Shown here piece after piece: positions 1 through 13,867 of a stretch of DNA of 64,000 nt (position 1 is the first letter of the stretch; every line of letters begins with the position of its first letter). The position numbers were made by a program, and so were the translations under genes. The DNA lies in the sequence record NC_025447.1, one strand, 5' to 3'. The notes beneath the pieces are model-generated. The model did no database searches. It was not told where the DNA came from and saw nothing but the letters and a program-made list of their open reading frames with translations. Origin of the DNA: Escherichia phage 121Q.

Positions 1-1
1 A

Positions 2-1006
2 AGTAAAGTTAGTAATACTAACGTTGACATTCTTATTGTTGATGAGTGTAGTATGATTTCAGATGAACTATTCCAGCACATACAAGACCAATTGTGGCGT
101 GTCCGTCGAGCAGTTTTATTCATTGGTGATCGTTGTCAATTGCCTCCAGTTGAGTCTGAAGGAACAATGGGCGAGACTAAATTGTCTCCTACGTTTGATG
201 TACCTGTTCAATATGAGTTAACTGAGGTTTTACGACAAGCATTAGATAATCCGATTCTGGCAGTTGCAACTGCTATTCGTGAGTGTATTGGAACTAGTAA
301 AAATCCATTTGATATTATGCACCAAACATATGGTTTAAGCACTATTACACCTATTGATGATGAAGATTTGTTTTTGAATGTTTATCGTGAATTCATTATG
401 GAAAACAAGGGGTCATCTAAAAAAATATTTGATTTCGTAAATGAAAATAAAATCTTAGCATATACTAACTATAGAGTTAATTTGGCTAATATCTACATTA
501 GAAGTCAACTATTTGAAGTACCAGATGAATTTACTAAAGGTGAGCCAATTGTTTTTGAAAGCATAACTGAGAATAGTCCATATGTAGTACAACAAATTAT
601 ACAATGTCCTGAAGTAAAACGTGAAAGTTTCATGGGAATAGATTGTTGGCAATTCCGTTTACCTAATGGTAGTTATATTTTAGGTGTAGGGCCAGAAACA
701 AGAATTGCAATGGACGAAAAACTTGATAAACTTGTTAAGGATATTGAGAAAAAAGAAATAAATCCATTGACAAAGAAACCATATATGTGGCAGGATTACT
801 ATGTAATTAAGAACAAATTACATATCATCAATTATCCTTATGCAACCACTGTTCATAAATCACAAGGAAGTACTTTTGATAACATTTGGTTTGATACTGA
901 TTTTATTGAACGTATTGGTACAAATGATACTAAGTGTAGAATTTTATACACTGCCATGACACGCCCACGCTATAGTGTTATGTTGAGGCAAAATGCACGA
1001 TTCTAA
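2..1006 (+). CDS. dda: Dda-like SF1 DNA helicase, 5'-truncated by window edge
   Basis: Frame stays open upstream of the first ATG to the window edge and encodes ILIVDECSM (Walker B-like motif II); C-terminal TVHKSQGSTFD matches SF1 helicase motifs V/VI. Confidence 0.8.
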   Translation, partial: SKVSNTNVDILIVDECSMISDELFQHIQDQLWRVRRAVLFIGDRCQLPPVESEGTMGETKLSPTFDVPVQYELTEVLRQALDNPILAVATAIRECIGTSKNPFDIMHQTYGLSTITPIDDEDLFLNVYREFIMENKGSSKKIFDFVNENKILAYTNYRVNLANIYIRSQLFEVPDEFTKGEPIVFESITENSPYVVQQIIQCPEVKRESFMGIDCWQFRLPNGSYILGVGPETRIAMDEKLDKLVKDIEKKEINPLTKKPYMWQDYYVIKNKLHIINYPYATTVHKSQGSTFDNIWFDTDFIERIGTNDTKCRILYTAMTRPRYSVMLRQNARF

Positions 1007-1089
1007 AAGACTAAATGTTATACGTAAATATTTTTGATTTTTAATAATAAATAATCAAAAGTGTTTTGTATTATGGAGAAGAATATACA

Positions 1090-1656
1090 ATGAACAATTT
1101 ACTACAAGTATTTAAAATTGAAGTTGCAGGGACGAACCTAGATAATATCCCATATTATATGTATGGTGATTATGATTCATCTTCCCCAACAACCGCACCG
1201 ACTGACCAGCAAACTATTGATAAGTCAATTGCACTTTTGCGTTACCTACAACTTTCTCGTTTGCTTTCAACTTATTCAGTACCAGTTTATAGCAATGTTG
1301 AATTTGCTACACCTGGAACTGCAAAAACTATCCCAACTGGTGCAACAATTACAGTTGGTTATATTAGTTATCAACCGTTTATTAACACACTAAGTGTTGC
1401 TGACCAAGCTGCACTAACTACTGAAGATATGAAAACTGCAAAAGCTGCTGAAATAATTCAAAAACTAATCAATGATTCATTGAAAGGTGACGGTACTAAT
1501 GCTATCGTAAATGAAGAAATAACTGTACAAAAAACCATTCAGAGAATCAAGAACGCACTTACTACAAGTACTGTTGATTTTATTGAATATGAGAACGTGT
1601 ATCTTAATGTTCCTTCAGTTACTGATGCATCAGTAGTATCTTACGTTAAATTATAA
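1090..1656 (+). CDS. hypothetical protein
   Basis: ORF with GGAG upstream of ATG at 1090 (track ORF starts 1066); no recognisable motif. Confidence 0.55.
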   Translation: MNNLLQVFKIEVAGTNLDNIPYYMYGDYDSSSPTTAPTDQQTIDKSIALLRYLQLSRLLSTYSVPVYSNVEFATPGTAKTIPTGATITVGYISYQPFINTLSVADQAALTTEDMKTAKAAEIIQKLINDSLKGDGTNAIVNEEITVQKTIQRIKNALTTSTVDFIEYENVYLNVPSVTDASVVSYVKL

Positions 1657-1679
1657 TTTTATAACATGGAGTTCTTGAC

Positions 1680-1874
1680 ATGACTGACAAAACATTTTAT
1701 GATCGTATTATTGAAGACAAGGGAGTTTTTGATAAGGTAGTTTATGACCTAGAACTTATGATCAAAGACGCACCAAACCCACGTGTGCGAACCCAAGCAG
1801 AATTTGCAAAAACTTATCTTGTTCAAGTTCAAGCAATCTGTGAAGCAATTAAAAAACACAATGATAGTGCTTGA
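1680..1874 (+). CDS. hypothetical small protein
   Basis: 64-aa ORF in same-strand array. Confidence 0.45.
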   Translation: MTDKTFYDRIIEDKGVFDKVVYDLELMIKDAPNPRVRTQAEFAKTYLVQVQAICEAIKKHNDSA

Positions 1875-1899
1875 CAGAACTAATGTTCTATCCTATAAT
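1871..1899 (+). promoter_or_regulatory. sigma70-type early promoter upstream of IF3-like gene
   Basis: TTGACA, 17-nt spacer, TATAAT. Confidence 0.6.
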
Positions 1900-1943
1900 T
1901 ACTATCGAACAAAACATTAAAATCATATTGGAGCTTTTATTAC

Positions 1944-3006
<1,063 letters not shown>

Positions 3007-3022
3007 AATATAGACTTAAAAA

Positions 3023-5183
<2,161 letters not shown>

Positions 5184-5184
<1 letters not shown>

Positions 5185-5975
5185 TGCCAAGTAAAAGTAA
5201 AAGTCAAGCCAAATTCTTTGCCGCAGCAGCACATAATCCAGAATTTGCAAAAAAAGCTGGAATTTCCCAAAGTGCAGCGAAAGAGTGGAATGCCGCTGAT
5301 GAAAAGGAAGGTAATCTTAAAAAAAGTTCTAAACTTCCTAATAAAGTAAAAGAAGCAAGTATGCGTAGTTTAGTTGATATTGTTCAAGATGCAGAATTAG
5401 CTGATACTGAAGACCGAACTTGTGATATAATGGATTCTTGTGAAGACGATAAAGATAAATTGAATGAAATGCCACAACGTTTCGATAGTTTTCAAGGTCA
5501 AAATAGAGATGAGTTTGTTGATAAAACTGCTGAAATGACTGGTAAACACAATATGGTTAAGTTCGCTGAACACAAAGATTATGATGTGTATATGAATAAA
5601 AATGGTACTGGTTTTATTGCTTACGATAAGGCTGGTAAACAGCTTGCTATCGTCAGTGGGCATTTATCTAATGATGCAGTACTTGGAGTTCAAAACGTCT
5701 TCGAGATTGCTGCTACTGCCTCTAAAACAGGCACTAAAGGTATAATTTATAATATCTTTATGGATATGGTATCACATGGTATTAAAGTGCTTAGTGATAG
5801 TCTTCATACTGATGATGCAATTAAATTCTGGACCCGTTTAATTGGTTCACACCAAGTTTATATTGTTGGTGGTGGTGAAGTTCTTGCTAAGGCGAGTCCA
5901 GATAAAGTTCATAAGTACTGGAGTGATGATGAATCAAGTCCGAGTGCTGAACTTCAACTTATGTTAGTAAAATAA
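5184..5975 (+). CDS. hypothetical protein
   Basis: 263-aa ORF, ATGA overlap with upstream gene. Confidence 0.6.
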
Positions 5976-6074
5976 TAATATATCGGGACAAATCGTTCCG
6001 ATATTTTTTTTTGAGACAAACAAAACATTGGTGATACAATGTTTTATGACAAAGAGACATGATAAGGAATTCAA

Positions 6075-8039
6075 ATGGCTAAGAAAGAAAGTGCTGTTCT
6101 ACAGGAACATGATGTTCAACGACTTAATGATTATCAACATGCTCGTTTGCGTACAGAGATGTACCTTGGTTCTCGTTCAGTACATGAAAGTCAAGTACTG
6201 ATTTTTGGCGAATCAGGATATGAGGTTAAGAACGTAGAATGGGTTCCTGCAATTCTTACTGCTACACGTGAAATTATTGATAACAGCTTAGATGAATTTA
6301 AAAAAGCTGGAACTAAAGAACCTGTATTGAAAGTTGATTTCAATGAAGAAGAACTATCATTTGAGATTAGTGATAATGGTCGTGGTATTCCAATTGATTA
6401 TGTACCAGAGTATCAAAAAAACCTATGTACTATGGTAATGACCGAAACAAAAACTGGTCGAAACTTTGATGATTCAAAACGTGATGAAACTATTGGTCAG
6501 AATGGATTGGGTGGTTCAGTTGCGATGATTGTTAGTTCTAAGGCAGAATTGGAAATTCATCGCCAAGGTCGTCCATATAAAACACAAAGCAGTAATGATG
6601 GTTATGATGGGTTTTATAAGTTCAATCAGAAGTTTGAGGAAGGAACTATTATGTTCCCTGAACTTCATGTACATGAGCCTACCATTCGAAAGGTACAAAC
6701 AGATAAGACTGGAACAACAATTCGTTTTACATTGAGTAAAGAAGTTTTTCCAAATAGAAAATTACCTACTGAATTACTTTACAGTATTCTTAAAGAAATG
6801 GCAGCCGCCAACCTAACTTATAAAATATTTTTGAATGGTAAACGTATTGTTATTAAAGGTAACACCGAGAAAGCATTGTTCAATGCATCTAAATTGATGC
6901 AGTTGAATGTTAAAGATGATTCTTTCAATTTTAACAGTACTTTTTATATTGTTCCAAATGCAGTATCTGGAATGAATACAAACTTCCATATGCATGGATT
7001 GGTTAATAATGCTCCTGCATTTGATGGTGGTACACATCTTGACACCTTCAAGAAATTCTTTTCATTGGGTGTAGGAACTGCATTGGAGAAAGAATCGAAG
7101 AAACGTAGGATGAAACCTAATCGTTCTGATATTGAAGAAGGTTTGTTGATTTACAATGTCACAACTATGAAAGCACCTTCATTCAACTCACAGATTAAAT
7201 CTAAACTAACTAATGAAAACGTAATTCGACCAATTCAACAAGCAATGAATACAGAATGGTTTGATGAATTAGTTAAGAAAAACAAAGAATGGGTTGATGA
7301 AATATTTGAACGTTGTGCTGCACGTACCAATAAGAAAGATGCAGAAGAAGACCGTCGCCTCGCTAAGAAACTACTGAAAGGTAAAGTTGCAAAGCTACTT
7401 GATAGTACTGGTACAGACCGTTCACAGTGTATTTTATTGATTGCAGAAGGTGACTCTGCAATTTCCAACATGGCTAGTGCTCGTATACCAAGTATTCATG
7501 GTATTCTACCATTGCGTGGGAAAATTATGAACGTCAGTGGTACTGAGAAAACCAAAGAATTAATGGATTCAATGGCGTTGCATGATATAATGGCTAGTAT
7601 CAACTTAGTTCCAGGTGTTAAAGCAGAACGTTCTGAACTAAACTATGGTAAGCTTTACATCTGTGCTGATGAAGATGAAGATGGGAAGAACATTGGTGCT
7701 CTAGTGTGTAACTTCTTATTTAAATTCTGGCCTGAATTGTTTCAAGACCCAGAAAATCCATTTGTGTATGTATTCAAAACACCATTTATCATTCTTGAGA
7801 AAGGTAAAGAATCAAAATACTACTATGGTCATAATGTGCATGAATATAACCCAGATGATTGGAAAGGCTGGAAAGCAACCCGTGCTAAAGGATTGGGTAC
7901 GTTAGAAAAAGCAAACTTCCGTGATGCATTCACTAACAGTGTTGCAGTAGCGATCACCGATGATGGACGTCTTGGTGAAACTCTTGATTTGATTTTCAAC
8001 AAGAAACGTGCAGATGATCGTAAGAACTGGATGGAATAA
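6075..8039 (+). CDS. 39: DNA topoisomerase II large subunit, ATPase + Toprim (fused gp39/gp60-type)
   Basis: GHKL ATPase motif EIIDNSLDE, GLGG loop, Toprim motif LLIAEGDSA; single 654-aa ORF covers both ATPase and Toprim regions. Confidence 0.85.
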   Translation: MAKKESAVLQEHDVQRLNDYQHARLRTEMYLGSRSVHESQVLIFGESGYEVKNVEWVPAILTATREIIDNSLDEFKKAGTKEPVLKVDFNEEELSFEISDNGRGIPIDYVPEYQKNLCTMVMTETKTGRNFDDSKRDETIGQNGLGGSVAMIVSSKAELEIHRQGRPYKTQSSNDGYDGFYKFNQKFEEGTIMFPELHVHEPTIRKVQTDKTGTTIRFTLSKEVFPNRKLPTELLYSILKEMAAANLTYKIFLNGKRIVIKGNTEKALFNASKLMQLNVKDDSFNFNSTFYIVPNAVSGMNTNFHMHGLVNNAPAFDGGTHLDTFKKFFSLGVGTALEKESKKRRMKPNRSDIEEGLLIYNVTTMKAPSFNSQIKSKLTNENVIRPIQQAMNTEWFDELVKKNKEWVDEIFERCAARTNKKDAEEDRRLAKKLLKGKVAKLLDSTGTDRSQCILLIAEGDSAISNMASARIPSIHGILPLRGKIMNVSGTEKTKELMDSMALHDIMASINLVPGVKAERSELNYGKLYICADEDEDGKNIGALVCNFLFKFWPELFQDPENPFVYVFKTPFIILEKGKESKYYYGHNVHEYNPDDWKGWKATRAKGLGTLEKANFRDAFTNSVAVAITDDGRLGETLDLIFNKKRADDRKNWME

Positions 8040-8050
8040 TATAGACTAAT

Positions 8051-8073
8051 GGGGAACATGGTGTTCCCCTTTT
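8051..8073 (+). terminator. intrinsic terminator
   Basis: GGGGAACATGGTGTTCCCC hairpin followed by TTTT. Confidence 0.6.
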
Positions 8074-8089
8074 ACCAAGAGACAATGGA

Positions 8090-9502
8090 ATGGCTAAAAG
8101 TAAAAAAACAGAAAATCATAATATCGATAACCAAACACTAACTCTACTAGATTATAACAGTTCTGATTATGTGAATACAACATCACTAGAATATTCGATG
8201 TATACACTAGACCGTGCTATTCCTGGAATTGATGGTCTAAAGAGTTCACAACGTAAAGCAATCTTCACATTATCTAAAATTAGTGGGGAAATTAAAACAG
8301 TATCATGTGCTGGAAAAATGATTAGTGATGGAATCTATCTTCATGGGGACACGTCAGCATCTGGAACACTTCAGAATCTAGCATCTCCAGTAGCCAACAA
8401 CTATCCTCTTATTGGAAAACGTGGTGGTTTTGGTACACAAGTAAACAGCACCCCAGCATCTGCTCGTTACACTTATGTTAAAAAGAATAAGAGTACTGAA
8501 ATGCTCGTTTTACGTGATGCTGACATTATCCCAATGAAAGAGAACTATGACGGGACCACATTTGAACCTGTTCACTTTTTACCTATTATCCCACTGTCAT
8601 TATTTGGTAATGATAGTATGTCAGTAGGGTATAAGAGTACAATTCTACCACATAAAATTGAAGATATTATTGATAATTGTATTCGTGCTATTGATAAAAA
8701 ACCACTAAAAGAAATGACACCATATTATGTATCATGTGGGGCAAGTGATGTAGTAACAAAACTAGATGAAAATAAGTATGAGTTTTATGGTAAAGCTGAA
8801 GTAATCGATGCAAGTACGGTTAAGGTGACAGGTTTACCACCTAATTATAGTATTGAGAAATTCATCGAAAAACTCATTAAAATGAGTGATGATGGTGAGA
8901 TTCGTGACTATGACAATGACAGTACTGATGTAATTGATATCACCATTAAACTTCCTCGTGGTACATCAGCTAAATGGTCAGAAATGGATGTTATTGAGTA
9001 TTTTGGTATTAACAAAAAAATGACTCAACATTTAACGGTTCTTGGAGAAAATGGTAAAGTAAAAGTTTACGATACAACAATGGATTTGATTAAAGACTTC
9101 GTTGATTTTCGTTTCAAGTATTACATCAAGCGTTATGAAAAGAAACTTGATGATTGTGCGGCTGAGGTTCGATACAAAATTCTAATCAAGGAATGCTTTG
9201 ATAATGATATGATTGCTAAGGTGAAAGGGTTTGCAAACCGTGCAGAAATGGTGGAATTTGTTAAATCATTAAATGCAGAAATTGAAGCAACTGACGAGAA
9301 TATTCAAAGCATTGTAAACTTCCCATCATATCGCTGGACACAAGATAATTATCAATCAGTACTACAAGATATTCAATATAATCTTGATTTGATGGATAAG
9401 TATAATGAACTATTATCTAATCATGACCTAATTTGGGACATTTATAAATCTGAACTTAAAGAACTAAGAAAGATTGATTTTACTCCTAAATCAGACAATT
9501 GA
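8090..9502 (+). CDS. 52: DNA topoisomerase II medium subunit (GyrA-like, gp52-type)
   Basis: DRAIPGIDGLKSSQRK resembles GyrA/ParC N-terminal breakage-reunion motif; sits directly downstream of the large subunit. Confidence 0.8.
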   Translation: MAKSKKTENHNIDNQTLTLLDYNSSDYVNTTSLEYSMYTLDRAIPGIDGLKSSQRKAIFTLSKISGEIKTVSCAGKMISDGIYLHGDTSASGTLQNLASPVANNYPLIGKRGGFGTQVNSTPASARYTYVKKNKSTEMLVLRDADIIPMKENYDGTTFEPVHFLPIIPLSLFGNDSMSVGYKSTILPHKIEDIIDNCIRAIDKKPLKEMTPYYVSCGASDVVTKLDENKYEFYGKAEVIDASTVKVTGLPPNYSIEKFIEKLIKMSDDGEIRDYDNDSTDVIDITIKLPRGTSAKWSEMDVIEYFGINKKMTQHLTVLGENGKVKVYDTTMDLIKDFVDFRFKYYIKRYEKKLDDCAAEVRYKILIKECFDNDMIAKVKGFANRAEMVEFVKSLNAEIEATDENIQSIVNFPSYRWTQDNYQSVLQDIQYNLDLMDKYNELLSNHDLIWDIYKSELKELRKIDFTPKSDN

Positions 9503-9512
9503 TATATTTTAT

Positions 9513-9544
9513 GGAAGACCTTACTGGGTCTTCCTTGTCCTTTA
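9513..9544 (+). terminator. putative terminator
   Basis: GGAAGACC..GGTCTTCC inverted repeat, weak U tract. Confidence 0.45.
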
Positions 9545-9590
9545 TATAAATAATCTATAGATAATGGCAGCTTGGCTATGGAGAATTATA

Positions 9591-11984
9591 ATGACAACTT
9601 TTACCCCACGTTGGGATATAAAAGCCGATGCTCGATATATACAAGAAGGACAAGACATTCTTGTGCGTTTGAGTATCAATAAAGAAAGCACAACGGATGA
9701 TAGCTATGTATTAAACGAAGATGAATACTTAGAGATGATTCTTAATATACAATGCTTGGATAGTTCAGGTGCTGTATTTGATCCAGAACCACATTATACT
9801 TTTTATGTTGGTAATGACGAAAATAGTTTTATTCCTATTTCAGATGGAACAACTGGTAATAAATTAGTAAATGGTAAGCATAAGTGTAAGATTAGCAAAA
9901 CAGAATTTAACTTATCATCAAGTACTAATACTGAAGATGTTTATTTTATAAAAATTCATTGTAAAAATGACGGAACATATAATAATACTGAAAATATAAA
10001 TTTTTATTTACAAGCAGTAAATGTTATGTATTTTGGGAATATTTCACCAAGTGGAGTTTTAGGATTAACAGATACTTCAATAACATATGATAGTCAGGAA
10101 GTTTGGGTTACACCTGGAGTTGAGATTGGTGATGACAAAAAACTTTATTGTATTGGTGATGTTGAGTATGGTTCAAACAGTACATTGTTTGTTCAAGGGT
10201 TTGGGAGAAGAAGACCTTTTATACTCGGTACTGACATGACTACCGATATTACCCCTCGTGTATTCTTTCCTGCATATCGTTTGATTGACATGGATATATC
10301 TGAAGTTCCAGATAAACATATTACTAATGATTATGCCGTATTTAAACCAGCACAACCAACATGGCCTATTTCTGGCATAAACAAAGAAGTAAAAGTTAAT
10401 ATTCAAAATAGAAATGGTAATTTAATTGATTCAGGTATGGTTTTTAACCCTAATGGACAATTACTACAAACATTTTTATATGATTCAGATGCGTGTGATG
10501 CATATTTCAAAGTTGAAATTGTTGATATATTAAGTACATACACAGAAGAAAGCGAAAGGTTTGCTATCAATCAAAGATATAAGGCATATCAAATGTGGGT
10601 TTGTCCTGAAGATATTGACACTATATATTCTATAGCTGACAAACCACTACCGAATCATTTATATCAATTAAAAGATAACGTTGTATATCCCTATGTGATT
10701 AGTGGTGAGTACGACAATGGGTCAATTAAACCAGTTTATGATAGTAGTGATTGGATTGATTTGGGATATTATGACTCTACTCTTGGTGATAATATCATTG
10801 GTATGCAGAAAATGTTCAGGGTTTTGATTAACGCTGAAGAAGGTAATAATATAAACTTTGTTACTGATAGTGATTTGGGAACTATACATGTTGGTGAATA
10901 TTTTGGAGACAGTACCTATCCTAGAATAGAAACTGATAGTTCAAATCAGGTTTCGTATGTTTTGGATGGTGGTGATGATATTAGGAAGTATGGAATAGAT
11001 TTGACACCTGACGGATATCTTGTTGGAACTGCATATGCCAAAAGTATTGACTTTAGTGAAAACGATGACATTAAACTATCGTTTTATGTTAAAGCATTTA
11101 GTACTGAAGGTGGCGAAGCAAGGAAAATATTTAACCTTAAGATTGTAAGAGGGTTCGGTCAGAATTATTTGAGTGCACATGTACTACCGTCTGTTGCATT
11201 TGAGCGAGAGTGGTTTAAATGTATCAGTACTTCATCATTTACTAATCAACTTTTTTTCCGTCAATCTGATAATAGGTATGGTCTTCAGAAAGTTCCTAGG
11301 ATGTTATTGAAAGAAAACTTTCTAAGTCAAACGTACCCATATACTAATCTTTCGGATATCAAAAAAGTATTACGAAATAGTATCATTAATCCAAATGGCT
11401 CTACTATACCAAATGGAAAATTTAAAATGGTAATGGGTAATTATAAATTGATATCAGCACTTGACAATCAAGGCAATTTGCAATATGATTTATTATATAG
11501 AGAAGTTTTACCTGAAGGTTCTTTAGTATCTGTATCCAAAAATCCTCGTATGTATACTCAAATAGATAATGGTCAGCTTGGTGAACTGTTTGGTCTACGT
11601 CAAAATATCTTTCAAGCTATTGGTGAAGACACAACAAACTTGGTAAAAGATCCAACTGATTTACAAAATCGTGGTCTATACGTTGATGCTATACCAAGTA
11701 TCAGCGATGAAATGCTTGATACCGTTCCAAGATTTATGAATCACCCATACATTGAAGATGGTATACAGAAAAAATTCATGCCTATTATCCCAGTCGCATT
11801 TTGTCAGCCAGGTAAAGGTGAAGCATTTTTCAACACTTTACTTCAGAATAATGAACATGGTACAATGGTAGGTCTAGAGTTTGAAATCACATCTGTCGAA
11901 TTTGGGTACTTTTCACATGAATCAGTAAATTATGTACCAGATACATTTGTGATTACATTGCAAAACAATAACATAGGAGGTTAA
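9591..11984 (+). CDS. large hypothetical protein
   Basis: About 800-aa ORF; start placed at second ATG 9591 with GGAG-like RBS (track ORF 9564); no recognised motif. Confidence 0.6.
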   Translation: MTTFTPRWDIKADARYIQEGQDILVRLSINKESTTDDSYVLNEDEYLEMILNIQCLDSSGAVFDPEPHYTFYVGNDENSFIPISDGTTGNKLVNGKHKCKISKTEFNLSSSTNTEDVYFIKIHCKNDGTYNNTENINFYLQAVNVMYFGNISPSGVLGLTDTSITYDSQEVWVTPGVEIGDDKKLYCIGDVEYGSNSTLFVQGFGRRRPFILGTDMTTDITPRVFFPAYRLIDMDISEVPDKHITNDYAVFKPAQPTWPISGINKEVKVNIQNRNGNLIDSGMVFNPNGQLLQTFLYDSDACDAYFKVEIVDILSTYTEESERFAINQRYKAYQMWVCPEDIDTIYSIADKPLPNHLYQLKDNVVYPYVISGEYDNGSIKPVYDSSDWIDLGYYDSTLGDNIIGMQKMFRVLINAEEGNNINFVTDSDLGTIHVGEYFGDSTYPRIETDSSNQVSYVLDGGDDIRKYGIDLTPDGYLVGTAYAKSIDFSENDDIKLSFYVKAFSTEGGEARKIFNLKIVRGFGQNYLSAHVLPSVAFEREWFKCISTSSFTNQLFFRQSDNRYGLQKVPRMLLKENFLSQTYPYTNLSDIKKVLRNSIINPNGSTIPNGKFKMVMGNYKLISALDNQGNLQYDLLYREVLPEGSLVSVSKNPRMYTQIDNGQLGELFGLRQNIFQAIGEDTTNLVKDPTDLQNRGLYVDAIPSISDEMLDTVPRFMNHPYIEDGIQKKFMPIIPVAFCQPGKGEAFFNTLLQNNEHGTMVGLEFEITSVEFGYFSHESVNYVPDTFVITLQNNNIGG

Positions 11985-11985
11985 T

Positions 11986-12297
11986 ATGTTTAATCCGTTT
12001 TTTGACCCGTCTGGGATGACGGAGAAAGAACTACAGTTGAAAATTAATGAACAGTCAATGCGTATAACTTCAGCCCGTGCCGCTGGTATGAGTGATATGA
12101 TTATTGGTAATATGCAAACTGTGTTAAATCAATGTTATGCTGAACTAGAACTTCGTCAAGGACAAAAAGAAAAATCTGTTTATGATGAAGAAGACTCATG
12201 TATCTTCGACATGGATTCTTATCTAACTGACAATGAAGAGGCCCAGAAAAAGAAAAATGAAAGTACAAGGAAACAGATTTATAAGTCCCAATGGTGA
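11986..12297 (+). CDS. hypothetical protein
   Basis: 103-aa ORF starting 2 nt after upstream stop. Confidence 0.5.
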   Translation: MFNPFFDPSGMTEKELQLKINEQSMRITSARAAGMSDMIIGNMQTVLNQCYAELELRQGQKEKSVYDEEDSCIFDMDSYLTDNEEAQKKKNESTRKQIYKSQW

Positions 12298-12775
12298 TGT
12301 AAAATGTAATCTTAACGCAGTAGTTTATGCAATCAATTGCGGTGCGGATATCCAGTACTTACAATTGCAGGAAATTGATGAACCTGAAAGGTTGAAATTC
12401 AATGATAACTGTAAAAAATTTGGCTTAGAACAACGTATGCTGGATTATACTATCGAGCATGATAAAAATCATGAACTTTGGCGTTATGATCCAGTATACG
12501 ACAATATAAATCTACGTGACTTTTTCTTACAAAAATGTACATCAGATGAAGCACGAAAGCGTGTTGAGTATGAACTAGATTTATATGAATATTATAATAT
12601 GACAAAGCTATTAAGATGTATGATATGGCTTGTTGATTATATGGAAGAAAATGAGATCTTTTGGGGTCTAGGGCGTGGAAGCTCGGTTGCATCATACTGT
12701 TTGTTTTTGATTGGTCTACACATGGTAGATTCATTGAAATACGAACTCGATGTTAATGAATTTTTGAAATGGTAG
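12233..12775 (+). CDS. hypothetical protein
   Basis: ORF overlapping upstream gene; start ambiguous between 12233 and 12257. Confidence 0.5.
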   Translation: MKRPRKRKMKVQGNRFISPNGDVKCNLNAVVYAINCGADIQYLQLQEIDEPERLKFNDNCKKFGLEQRMLDYTIEHDKNHELWRYDPVYDNINLRDFFLQKCTSDEARKRVEYELDLYEYYNMTKLLRCMIWLVDYMEENEIFWGLGRGSSVASYCLFLIGLHMVDSLKYELDVNEFLKW

Positions 12776-12838
12776 CAAAACATGTGATATAATGTTTATT
12801 GTAGGCTTATATCACACATACAATAAAAGGATTTTGAT

Positions 12839-13183
12839 ATGTCTAAACATACAACTTATCGTGGTACAACAATTGACATGGATATGCTCAAGTACCAAAA
12901 TCAACATCAGGTAGCATTGGGTAATGCTAATCTAAACGCACGTGGTGATAAAATTGGTTCAGGTGGAACAATTATCAAAACTCGTGAAGAGTTGATACAA
13001 GAAAAAGAAAGAGAAATGCAAATTCCTGATTATATCCCTGAACACCAACTTCATAGTACTGAACATAGTTCTGAGGAAGTATGGGATGATGAAAGTTTTG
13101 AAGTTAAGCCCGAAGCACAAGAAGCTGAGGTTTCTGAAGAGAAGAAAGCCCCACGTCGAGCAAAAACTAAAGATCAGGAGTAA
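12839..13183 (+). CDS. hypothetical protein
   Basis: 114-aa ORF preceded by a TATAAT-containing promoter-like sequence. Confidence 0.5.
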   Translation: MSKHTTYRGTTIDMDMLKYQNQHQVALGNANLNARGDKIGSGGTIIKTREELIQEKEREMQIPDYIPEHQLHSTEHSSEEVWDDESFEVKPEAQEAEVSEEKKAPRRAKTKDQE

Positions 13184-13191
13184 TGTATTAA

Positions 13192-13518
13192 ATGTCTAAT
13201 AAAGTAATGACTGCATGTAAAGGTAAAGTACTAGTCACTGAACTGGAACATGGTGAACGCAAAACAGCAGGTGGAATCGTTTTAACAAACGATGACGGTA
13301 AAATTAGAGGTATTCGTTCTCGCTGGGCTAAAGTATATTCAGTAGGCGAAGACATTACTGATATTAAAGAAGGTCAATGGATTTTAATTGATCATGGTCG
13401 TTGGTCAAGAACGATTGAGGTTGATGGTATTGAACTAAACCTAGTTGATTACCCTGCCGCTGTTAGTTTAGTATCTGATGAAGACCCACGCACTAAAATG
13501 CTAACCTTTGGACGTTGA
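13192..13518 (+). CDS. 31: GroES-family co-chaperonin (gp31-like)
   Basis: 108 aa; ERKTAGGIVLT and downstream GxxVxxVG / GD pattern typical of Cpn10/GroES. Confidence 0.85.
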   Translation: MSNKVMTACKGKVLVTELEHGERKTAGGIVLTNDDGKIRGIRSRWAKVYSVGEDITDIKEGQWILIDHGRWSRTIEVDGIELNLVDYPAAVSLVSDEDPRTKMLTFGR

Positions 13519-13531
13519 TAAAATATAATTA

Positions 13532-13558
13532 AAGCTCGGATTAATATCTGGGCTTTTT
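13532..13558 (+). terminator. putative terminator
   Basis: AGCTCGG..CTGGGCT stem with G-U pairs followed by TTTTTAT. Confidence 0.4.
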
Positions 13559-13574
13559 ATTTGGACACATTTTG

Positions 13575-13844
13575 ATGATAACGGATGATGGAAAATTTAG
13601 TTTCAAAGATGTAACATTAGTATCAAAAAACGGAAGATTCATGTTTGAAGATAGAAAAAATACAAAATATGTATATGAAGTTTCACATGATATGTTTAAA
13701 GTTTTATTAGTTGCATCGGCCCAAGCTGAAAGTACTGGGATTAAAAATAAGGCAAATTCTTTTAATTTTTTATTAAATCAATTGGAAATGACAGAAGAAC
13801 TTTTCACGGCTTTATTATATAATTCAGCCGATTGGATTCTATAA
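13575..13844 (+). CDS. hypothetical protein
   Basis: ORF; track start 13572 is TTG, first ATG at 13575. Confidence 0.45.
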   Translation: MITDDGKFSFKDVTLVSKNGRFMFEDRKNTKYVYEVSHDMFKVLLVASAQAESTGIKNKANSFNFLLNQLEMTEELFTALLYNSADWIL

Positions 13845-13867
13845 CACGTACACATAAGGAAATAAAA

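Noticed and set aside
6075-8039. Translational bypass or intron within the topoisomerase large-subunit gene (as in T4 gene 60)
   Set aside because: The ORF is continuous through the ATPase and Toprim regions with no internal stop or frame break.
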